Assembly: GCA_032718475.1 (NCBI GenBank)
Contig: JAUCBJ010007869.1
Location: 10,243-74,242 of the forward strand
Length of the DNA: 64,000 nt
Source: Nemertoderma westbladi
Taxonomy: Eukaryota; Animalia; Xenacoelomorpha
Direction: 5' to 3'
Position 1 is the first letter of the stretch; each line of letters opens with the position of its first letter. The notes under the pieces were generated by a model that was not told the DNA's origin, searched no databases, and saw nothing but the letters and a program-made list of their open reading frames with translations. Below, piece after piece: positions 11,801-21,104 of the stretch. Made by a program: the position numbers and the translations under genes.

Positions 11801-13569
11801 CTGTCGTAGGCCTTCTTCCCCTCCCGGTTTATCGGACTCCATTGATCCTCTTTGTAGTTGTACCGCGGGATCGGCTCGGGGGGAGAGTCGCTGTCCGACT
11901 CGGACGAGTCGCCGTCGGTACGAACCGGAGTCGCGTCCGTGGCAACCGGAGTCGCGTCCGTGGCAACCAGAGGGGCGTCCGTAGCAACCGGAGTCGCGTC
12001 CATAGCAACGGGAGTCGCGTCCATAGTAACGGGAGTCGGGTCCATAGCAACGGGAGTCGGGTCCATAGCAACGGGGTCGGCGTCCATAGCAACGGGGTCG
12101 GCTTCCATAGCAACGGGAGTCGCGTCCATAGCAACGGGAGTCGAGTCCATAGCAACGGGAGTCGCTTCTTTAGCAACGGAAGTCGCGTCCATAGCAACAG
12201 GACTCGCGTCCGGAGCAACAGGGTCCGCGTCCGTAGCGACCGGTGTATCATCAGTATCTCTAACGGACTCGGTAACAGCCGGACCGACAACGACCTCCGA
12301 CTCTTCGACGGATTGGCTCCCGACTGCCGCCTGGGACGGGATATCCAAAGTCTCGTCTCCCTTTGGATCCCCAAGGACCGCATCCTGGACAGCCTCGTCG
12401 CTGACCGATTCCTCGTCCACTCCGTTAACCTGAACGGGAGAGACGGCGGTCGGAGTAGATAGTTCTACTGTGGGGGATTCTACTTCTACAGTGGGGCGTA
12501 GAATAGCCGCGGGTTCACTGGGTGACGTTTCCTGTGGAGTACTCACCGGCGGTGGAGTCACCGTTGGACTCACCCCGGGTGCACTCACCGCCGGTGCAAC
12601 CACCACCACCGGCGGCGGACTAGGCACCGTTTTCCCCTCATTCCTCCCCAACCCGTTCTCCACACTTTCCTTTCCACCGAAACATATCTCGGTGGTGATG
12701 TCCTTCCCGTCGCGGGTCGGATCCCGGATCCGGATGACGGACTTCTCCTTGCGGGGCGCCGCGGTCCACTGGGACTGCGCCGCCGCCGCGGGGGGCTGGT
12801 GGGCCGCCGCAGTGTAGGTCTGTAGCGGGGCGGGGGGCCCCGGGGGCGCCTCCACCGAGTGGGCCACCGCCCCGGGGACGAACTCCTGGTAGGGGACCGG
12901 GGGGGCAGTTGGGGGTGGCGGGGGGGTGGAGTAGCCCCCCGTCGGGTAGCCGCCGTGGGACGTCTGGGGGGGCAGATGGTACGGCTGCTGGGGCGGTGGC
13001 GGGTGGAACTGGCCCATGGTCGTAGGGTGCGGCTGGGCGGGGTGCGAGTACTGCTGCTCCATGGGCTGGCTGCTCGAGGGGGCGCTGATCTGTTGGTGCG
13101 AGCCGAGGTGGTTGGTCTGCCAGGACAGCGGCTGCGGGGCGCTGGTCGCCATGGAGGCGTAGAGGCCCGGCGTCCCGGGGAGCTGGACTTGACTGCGCTG
13201 GAACACGGGGCCTCTAGGGGGTCCCGGGACCAACCCGGGCACCGTGGGGCGCTGTCCCTGCGTAAACAGCACCGGGACGTGCATCTGACCGGGTTGGGGG
13301 TGCTGGTAGAACATCTGGTTGTTGTTTAACATGTGGGAGTTCATTGAATCCTCAGAGATCTGCATTCCCTCTGGGATCTGGGACGGCCGATGTAGCATGT
13401 GTTGTTGGGGGTAGTAGAAGGGGGAAATATCTGGTTGGGGGTAGCCCTGGGGTCCCGGGATGTAATGCGTCATGGGTTGACGGGGCATGTGGAAGCGGTT
13501 GGGGCCGCCGGGCTGGTGGTGGGGAATATTCTGCATCCTAGGTGAGTGACTCGTCATCCTATTTTCCAT
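8881..13569 (-). CDS. EIF4G: Eukaryotic translation initiation factor 4 gamma, single-exon CDS, 1562 aa
   Basis: PABP-binding motif KEKSVIRIRDPTRDGKDITTEI, eIF4E-binding YDREFLL (YxxxxL-phi), MIF4G (ILNKLTPQNF...GNIRFIGELFKL...SSRIRFMLQD), MA3 (LDVPMIWDYLAELISP) and W2 (DLDIISEDAFFEWE). ORF is uninterrupted. Confidence 0.97.
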   Translation of the reverse strand: MENRMTSHSPRMQNIPHHQPGGPNRFHMPRQPMTHYIPGPQGYPQPDISPFYYPQQHMLHRPSQIPEGMQISEDSMNSHMLNNNQMFYQHPQPGQMHVPVLFTQGQRPTVPGLVPGPPRGPVFQRSQVQLPGTPGLYASMATSAPQPLSWQTNHLGSHQQISAPSSSQPMEQQYSHPAQPHPTTMGQFHPPPPQQPYHLPPQTSHGGYPTGGYSTPPPPPTAPPVPYQEFVPGAVAHSVEAPPGPPAPLQTYTAAAHQPPAAAAQSQWTAAPRKEKSVIRIRDPTRDGKDITTEICFGGKESVENGLGRNEGKTVPSPPPVVVVAPAVSAPGVSPTVTPPPVSTPQETSPSEPAAILRPTVEVESPTVELSTPTAVSPVQVNGVDEESVSDEAVQDAVLGDPKGDETLDIPSQAAVGSQSVEESEVVVGPAVTESVRDTDDTPVATDADPVAPDASPVAMDATSVAKEATPVAMDSTPVAMDATPVAMEADPVAMDADPVAMDPTPVAMDPTPVTMDATPVAMDATPVATDAPLVATDATPVATDATPVRTDGDSSESDSDSPPEPIPRYNYKEDQWSPINREGKKAYDREFLLQFASIKDKPRDLPAICEIILDTAQPQSFQSGPSPGFMAPVLTPHRPGARHDFFLPNFVPSGPPQSRSRGGDFAGRRAGGRGGYPGGPRGGVPKPDRRIIPVPDRPPDNQLLQVAENAWKPKHKTLEANKTEEELKTEAILGKIKGILNKLTPQNFKNLIKQIKDLEIDTAERFEGCVRLIFLKALDEPSYCVAYANLCLHMKEISVSFDEQGTKSFRKILLTLCQSEFEREKDEELLYGEFFKAIAEAKTEPERKFEEEKLLLQRGKEKRRSLGNIRFIGELFKLQMLTEKIMHNCVKKLLSTDDEEHLECLCRLLTTIGRDLDTPKSKAAMDGYFNKISEIIRQRSTSSRIRFMLQDAVDLRESNWVLRRPDDNPKTIDEVHKDIADEAKMEKIMVMELQERKRQDNYKNRSYKQNVAPQPISQSDGWNTVNNSSKSAKQTFDIQKFHSSTSAMKQPIEVDKSSFMLGPGSGRGKTWTRGLSATKTEPSTERPSNRFTDEPQPPRLSRPAAADDNYNQRTPRLGPDYGRRFSQPSVPSARNLRLLETGGSPRQASPSPRQSPLPSPMGSRDHSPLPRVDRAVPRSHDPRPAPTEHVKPPVFTDDEIRSKTTANLEDYLHQFDFREATECFSEFHKSERSGFLIVSQCIIFSLERSKQVREHTGLLLYRWLKKGFLDPGSYIRGCVYVTETAQELSLDVPMIWDYLAELISPVVCEDSPIDLALLSTVCKPLIEPGKAHIVIAKILHVAGTKHGTIKVAELWKNSALRWSEFFDANFGDTKIENFVCGNQLNYTLSGALPQSPTLSVSPEHFREELFKLVTMEPTVDNEAIFDFITENVPLGNIVKYCGPLMSAVCESTITQSEGLYSFLKSRFKLRSSVLKKYLDNKAERELEAMFALESLILRVNNPPNILTDFCYDLHDLDIISEDAFFEWENSCKEKPDKEALLNSAEPFLQWIRNSSGQGQEG
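11924..12245 (-). repeat. In-frame 21-bp coding minisatellite (DATPVAM/DPTPVAM, ~15 copies) within eIF4G
   Basis: Tandem gcgtccatagcaacgggagtc units; heptad repeats in the translation. Confidence 0.9.
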
Positions 13570-15176
13570 TTCAAATATTCAGCACAGAAATATCGACATA
13601 CATAAACATTACACTCATATTGGCGGAACTATTTCATCAATACTCAAGTTTAACTCAGTATATATTCAGATATGGAGTGTCGATAATAATATTTGTTCTC
13701 TATTTAAAAAAACAACAAATGTCAGAATGTAGATTTATTATACGGAACTGAAGATAATACTGCAATTAATAGTAATACTTACAACTCAACTAGAATGTAA
13801 ATTGAATAGGTAGGCCTAAACATATATACAGAGCTAAATTACCGATCTCAGACAAATAATAATACAATAATAGATACGTTTTCAGTAGTAATAGTAGCTG
13901 ATTTGGTTTTAATATTTACGTCAAATACACCATGACCCGTAATATAGTGTCATTTTCTGATGACACTGGTGGTAATCTTTATCATATTGCTTGAGCTTTG
14001 AAACGCAACTAGTTCAACTCACCGTCGATGTTACCATGAATCCGGAATTTTCGATGTTGCGGTTTTAAAATTTTTTTATAAGCGATTTAAAAAGAGTGTA
14101 TTTTGCTAAATGAGATCCCTTCGTATCGCGTATCACCGCGTACACCATGTCCTGGAATATAGTGTCGTTATTCATGTACCTGCCACCAAATTTTTCTACA
14201 AATTGAAATGAGACTGCATGAAATTTGAAACATAGTTAGTTTCATCTCCCTCTTCCTTAGTGGTTGAGCCAGAATTTGTATTTTTGCCTTTATTCTTTAG
14301 CTACAAGCATTTAAAAAAAGTGTCTCCTTCGATATTGTACAACTTACACCGCAGTTATTCTTCGAACTTTTAGTGATTTGCTGGTACTATTGGAAAGCTG
14401 ACCGTGCAAGGATTCCAAATAGGTATGTACAAATATTTGAATTTGGTTTGGAAATAGCTGAAATATAGTTTCACTTTCGCAGACACATTTTAGTATATTT
14501 TTTATTTCAATTTATATATATATCTCGTATTGCCTTGTCTGAGTTCAAATTATTTATGAATTTCTAAGACGTACCGTACCGTACCGGTATCTTTTATTTG
14601 GTATTTTTTAAAACAAATAAATTTATTGATTTTATAGGCTGATAGGTGTAGAGGTAGGTTTATTTATATAGGCCCCTATTTGATAATTGAATTGAAATTG
14701 AATTTAATGACATACCGGTATATAACAACAATTATCAGTAAAATGGTATGACTGCAAATTTTAAAAAAAGAGGCACCCAGCCATGTTGTATCACCACTGG
14801 GGGTACATAATTAAAAATAACATTGTAATATGAATATTGATATAGACAATAGACATATAAAGTTGTAGTGAATATAAGTAAGTAGGCCTACTAGAAGTAA
14901 TATAACTACTGAACTAAGTGTGTCTAAAAAAGCGTTTATGTGATTAAAATCTAAATTTAAAACTGAAAGGAAAAAGTCGAATTATGTTGATTTGTTTAAA
15001 ATTAAATATAGATAAAAGTTAATGATATGTAGAAATAGGCGCAAGTCGGGGGGGTAAACATTGTCTTTCACCACTATCACTTACAAACAGGCAGGTCCTC
15101 ATTGTAATTGATTCCCTGAAAGCATCAAGATAAGTTGTTCGCACTGCTGACTCAGGTAAGTTGTCATTTCAACTGG

Positions 15177-15223
<47 letters not shown>

Positions 15224-15745
15224 TTATTTATACATTATGTAAAAACAATAACAAATACACCAAACAATGTACCGGTATAAAGGAATTGTCCAACAATAAC
15301 ATATAGGATTACCCCTAAATCTTTGCAGCTTATTTCCAAGGGGGTCCTTTATGTTACTTGGTTACAAATACAATATTACACTACGCTAACCTAAAACCAA
15401 TATAAAACGTAATTACACTATGTACATGTACAACTTTACCACGAGCGTGACAATGCCCGACTCAACGATAAAGATGTAATGTACAGAACAATTTATTATA
15501 AAACGTATTTACAGTAGGCCTATAAATAGTAAATAAATTAATAAACTAATAACTTACTGTAGGACTATTGTACCTATTTTTACATTGCACACGGAGGTGA
15601 GATTTAACTGCAGATTTAAAAGAATGTTGATTATTTAGGTTTTTAATTTCATTAGGCAGAGCGTTCCAATTTTTAATGCCGTTAAAAAAGAAAGTATCAG
15701 ATTCAAAGGATTTACAATTCGGGAGGTAGAAGTTTGAAGCACTAG
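15177..15745 (-). mobile_element. 5'-truncated CR1/L2-type LINE 3' end with (ATCT)n tail
   Basis: C-terminal motif FFFNGIKNWNALPNEIK...SFKSAVK (15546..15740), AT-rich 3'UTR, then AATAAA and a (GATA)n tract on + at 15177-15223. Confidence 0.75.
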
Positions 15746-16497
15746 CTCCGGCCTCCGGCTCCGGCCATTTTGGCACCTCCGGCTCCTGCTCCGGCTCCGG
15801 TAAAAATATTGCCGGAGTTAATTTTTTACTAAAGTATTATATTTCGTGCATATTCTAATCTGAACAATTATTTAACACTATAAGTACTGTAGTACAGCTT
15901 CAATATCAAGTATAATCTGATAATACTGCAGTATTTACTTAAAGTCAATGACTGACTGACTGTACTGCAGTACTGGTACTGGCCAGCTGGCTGACTAGCA
16001 GACTGTTACAGATAGGCCCTACTTTAAAAAATTGTAAATGCTATGATTGTACACTGTCAGACTGTACCACTGCAGCCATTTACTGCTGTCATGCCAGCAT
16101 ACTGTACTGCAGTACTGGTACACGTACGGTAGGCTACCTACAGTACACACCTCTACCACAGTCAGACAGTTAGCGAGTTAGGTACTGTACGTAATTTCTA
16201 GCCGTCAGCGTCAGGCCGTCGCCGTCAGCATTAGGCCGTCAGCGTCAGGCCGTCTGTCCGTGATAAATTAATTACTTATATTTTAAATTGAAAATTCGTA
16301 AATCTATAAATTATGAAATTAATTAGACCTACAGTATGATTGATTATGAGCGATTGGCGAATGATAACCATACTTTATTTTTTTTTAAATAAATAATTAA
16401 ATTTTTAAAATTTTTGAAAAACTCCGGCTCCGGCCAAATTGTCCAACTCCGGCTCCTGCTCCGGCTCCGGCCAAATCCCAACTCCGATCGAGCCCTA
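15746..16497. mobile_element. Non-autonomous DNA transposon fragment, hAT-like, with GGAGCC subterminal repeats
   Basis: Two clusters of ctccggctcc repeats (15746-15800, 16421-16485). The right end reads TAGGGCTCGATCGGAG on the minus strand. No second TIR or TSD found. Confidence 0.45.
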
Positions 16498-16629
16498 CGG
16501 CAGACCGGCAAAAGGTACCTGTGAGTCGGTAGCGGTAGGCGAATATATTCCCCATATCGGTAATGACCTGAATCCGTACCAGTGGGGGCAATTTTTTTGT
16601 CGATTTTCCCTATGCCACTTATGCTTTTA

Positions 16630-16820
16630 ATTACCATTGTGGCTATTTATCTATGCCTGTGGCGAAAGACTTATACTTTTATTTACCATTCTGGCTATTT
16701 ATCTATGCCTGTGGCGAAAGACTTATACTTTTATTTACCATTCTGGCTATTTATCTATGCCTGTGGAGAAAAACTTATACGTTTAAGTTTAATTACCATT
16801 CTGCTATTTATCTATGCCTG
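16630..16820 (+). repeat. 52-bp tandem repeat, ~4 copies
   Basis: ttaccattctggctatttatctatgcctgtgg... at 16631, 16683, 16735 and ~16793. Confidence 0.85.
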
Positions 16821-16829
16821 CCTGCCTGC

Positions 16830-17240
16830 GGGAAAGGAGCAAGTTACAGAGACGGGATTTTCTAACCAAAACAATAAACGATAGCATTACCAATTGAGAG
16901 AAAGGAGCAGGTTACAGAGGCGGGATTTCCTAACCAAAACAATAAACGATCACTTAATTAATTGAGGGAAAGGGGCAGGTTACAGAGGTGGGATTTCTAA
17001 CCAAAACAATAAACAGTCACTTTACAAAATGAAGGAAAGGAGCAGGTTACAGAGGCGGGCCTTTTCTAACCAAAACAATAAACAGTCACTTTACAAAATG
17101 AAGGAAAGGAGCAGGTTACAGAGGCGGGCCTTTCTGCCTTTTCTAACCAAAACAATAAACGGTCACTTTACCAAATCAGGCAAAGGAGCAGGTTACAGAT
17201 TTTCTAACTACTGAACTACGCGGGATTTTCTAACCAAAAG
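16830..17240 (+). repeat. ~69-bp tandem repeat (gaaaggagcaggttacagaggcggga...taaccaaaacaataaac), ~6 copies; dispersed copies at ~1185-1260 and ~34435-34500
   Basis: Direct sequence recurrence. Confidence 0.8.
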
Positions 17241-18244
17241 CCGGTAGGCCTACCAGTCTGCCAGTACCGTATTTAAATGGTAGGCTACACCAGTACACAG
17301 TAGGCATACAGCAGTACCGGTGCCGGTACCGGTACGGAATGCTGTACAGCTACAGCAGTAATTACAGTAGACATACCCTCCATATCCATTGCACAATGTA
17401 CTGGACATATGATTTAGGCCTATGTGTTGTGTGTAGTCCACCTCAGGCAGTCAGGACTGCACAGGAGAAGTGCGTACTTCATGAAAAATATACATTGGGA
17501 CAATATTTTTTCTCACGTGCTGCACGAAGGGAAAAACTATCTCTCATGACAAATTTTTTTAACATCATTAAGTACCTATGCTGGACTGTCTGTATATCGA
17601 ATTTCAGTTATATTTAATGAAAATTGAGTAAATGTCGCTCATTTTAAAATTAGATTTTTTACAAAAAATATAAGAACTCTTGAGTTTGTAACGTGCTGCG
17701 CGAAGCGGTATTAGCAATAAATTGAAATTTTTGTTTTCCAAGTTGGTCACTATAGGTTGAACAAAGCCTGTTAAAATTTTAGGAGCGTTCTGATAAAAAA
17801 TGTTGACAGGGGAGAGGAGATTATCACTGGTACGGATTCAGGATAGAGCCCCCATATCCAGTCTATAGGACGGGTGCTTAGATCGTGCGTTTCCACCAGT
17901 TAACATTCTTCGATTTTGAATAAAACAAGTGATGTGGTTGGAGAAACCTGCTAGGCAGCTAGGGGCTGCTACTAATCAGCAACCAATCACGGAGTTTAAC
18001 ACAGAGTCAATGAGAATGGAATATTGCTAACTTAAAAAAGTTCAGGTTACCATTATTCCAAAGTAATCAGATAGGATAGGCTTATTACAGTAATTAAGCT
18101 GCTAGTGTTAGTCAGTTAGTAATCGAGTAAGCCATATAATATTAGCCTATAGTACAATACCAGGCATGATAAATAATATCGATAATATCGATTGAGTTCA
18201 TTGATAATATCAATGAACTCAACCAGCAGTCACTGACTCACTAT

Positions 18245-19883
18245 GAGTGAGAAGATTGACAGTTTTGACATATAACCTGTCTTTGGACAGTTGAATGGGT
18301 TTTACAAACTGGATTCTTGCAAATATCACAGTATATTATCAAATATCAAATTTAGGACTGAGTTACGGGAATCCTCATATCCAACCTTATCTAGAAGGAG
18401 AAATCCGTTTAGAGCAGCGATGTCAATCATGTTCATAAATATGACAACAGGCCAACGATTGGTCTTTCGTTTGCACGTGAAGTGGCTAATCCTCTCATCC
18501 ACAATGTCGATGCCATACTTAGTCATATTGTAATCTTAAACAACCTTAGGTGCCTTCTTACCATTATCATCAACGTCAAATCTATTATGGCTGCTACTTA
18601 GCAAATTTACTATCTTGTTTTTTGGGCTTTGTTTGAGCACAAGAGTACGTTGAACTCGTTGTTGTAGGCGAACATGCTAGAATTTAATTCACGACCTTTC
18701 AACTTATTGGGCTCAGCAGGTATCTCACATCGGTTTGCCTTCATAGTTCCAAGAAGCGTCATGTCTACCTTCTTCAGACGCTGTGCGAGCTCAAGCGAGG
18801 TGAAATAATTTGTCTGTCAGTCTGTTGTGATGTTTCTGCCAGTGCCATGGTAGGGGATAGTTAATAACATCACAACGTCAGTGGCTAAGCCCACATGGAC
18901 TGAGTCTCCCTCCTTACCCCCATAAATGAATCCTCGCAATGCAAATCCGGAAGAAGCTTCACATAACCAGAAGATCTTAGTGCCGAATTTCTTTGGTTTT
19001 TGTGGCATATAAGCCCTCCCTGGAACTCGACCTCTAAATCCAAGTAATTGCTCATCAACAGTAAGATGAGCTTCTGGGATGATATGTTTTTTCAGTTGTT
19101 CTTAGAGCATTTCCCAAACCTCTCTAATGGCCGCAAATTTATCGTTATCTGCCAATTTCCTCTGATCTCGGGTTGATTTGTCATCGAAACGGTGGCACTC
19201 CAGTAACAGGTAGAATCGGCTTATAGCCATGGCTGCCTTAAAAAACGGTGGGCCATGAATTGGGTGCCACAAATCTGTAACTGTTTGGTGACAATCCAAT
19301 GTTTGGTGACAATGTATTTGGATACACCCGCCATGATCAGTATTCCTATACCAGCATTCATTTCACCAAATGAAAATTGTCCAAACTTGCGAGACTTTAC
19401 CCTGGCTAGTATCTTTCCCTTTTTATTTGTCTGACGAAGAACAATGTATAAAATTTTCCTTGTCAAGAATTGCATGAAACCATCAATTTCCGATTTCGCT
19501 TTGTTCAAAACAGTTGCTGAAAATCGAATGACATCTGCTTGTTGCCGTCGAACTGGAGCAGGCTCTATATCTGAATAAACTGTTCCATCTTTTGATCGAT
19601 ATGTGGCATCATCAACAGCCATTATGGTTTCTTCATCAGAGGAATCTGATCCATATCCCGTGGTGTAGGCTGTCAGTAGGTTGTCACTTCCATCCGAATC
19701 CCCCGATTCCTCAGTAAGTTCATAGTCACTGTCACTCAAAACAGTCACAGAATCATCATCAATGCTATTTGGGCCACCCTCACCAAGAGCTTCACAATCT
19801 CCATCATAATTGTCCTCTTCGTCTTCAAACATATCTAGATCTTCCTGATGCAAATTTCTCAGCTGTTGAGGCTGTTGTGACAT
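18245..19883 (-). pseudogene. piggyBac (PGBD-like) transposase with stops and frameshifts
   Basis: Acidic N-terminus, then FDDKSTR..DKFAAIREVW, TVDEQLLGFRGR, MPQKPKKFGTKIFWLCEASSGF, RNITTD/NYFTS, TKYGIDIVDE, RWPVVIFMNMIDIAALNG and a Cys-containing tail remnant. Confidence 0.92.
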
Positions 19884-21104
19884 TGATGATACCTGATACT
19901 CTATTTTATAACGGATTTGTTTCCAAATATAAATCACCTTAGTGTGACTCGATATAGTTACGCTCCTGTAGAGTAATTCAATTGGCTACTCAACACAGCT
20001 CAGACGGTCAGACACCAGCAATATAGAGCTGCCCAGCTATCAGCCATCCCACTATATATGGTAAAGTTTAGTGTAAAACGCACTCTTTATAGCATTAATT
20101 TGTGTTGTCTCTAGCCTTTTGCCCCAGCCAGCCAGCTAGTCTAGAGTAGGCCTACATGAAATATAATCAGTGAACAGATTTAGAGGAAAATTTAACTAGA
20201 TTCATAAGGAATATTCATGACTACATTTGTAGTCTAAGTAGGCCTATGCAATAGAGGTAAAACCACGTTTTTTTCAGCGCTTCCTATTTAAATATTGTGT
20301 AAGGAATGGATTAAATGAAAGTTTGATATATATTGAACAGCAAGATGGCGTTTCTAGATGTTGATGGTGTTTCGTATTTTGGACAACCTTCACCTATCAA
20401 CATTTTCAACGGAAAGGTACAGAGGTACGGTGACTACAATCAGACAATTGTAGTCCTAATATGCAAATTAGTGTTACACGTTTCAACGGATTGTTTCAGT
20501 ATCTCACTCTCACATACGGTACTACGCAAAGGTCTTTTAAACGTTTCAATAGATTGATTCAGTACCGAATGTGCTGCATAATGTGTTCTGAACATGTTCA
20601 AATTACCGGTACAACAGATTATTCAGTGTCATGCGCGAATCGGCGAATGCATTACATTAGGGCCTACAGCATTACCATTGTCATCCAGGTTTCATTTTCT
20701 TCATATTTTTTATTAAGTGGATTGACGAGTTAGTTGGGGGTGCTGGTCACCTCGCCGCACTGCCACTTCGCCGCAGGTCACCTCGCCGCAGATAATGTGC
20801 GGCGAGGTGTCTTTGCGGCGAGGTGTCTCACTGTGAATGCCACTTCGCCGCAAATTATCGGACACTTCGCCGCAAGTCAATATTAATCATTTATTTCTAT
20901 ATTTACACAGGGAAGCCTAGTTATGACAGTATGGCATTGGACAATATGTATTATGATATAAAGGCATTTAATTTATCCAACGGATAAGTAAAATAAGTAG
21001 TTTATAAAATTAATACAGTAATAGGAAGCACATTATAGTAAAAGTAAATAAAATAGATATAAAATAGGGGGTTATTATTTAAATAAAATCGGGTATTGTA
21101 ATAT

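Noticed and set aside
9047-13541. Many overlapping ORFs within eIF4G
   Set aside because: Alternative-frame or antisense shadows of a GC-rich CDS.
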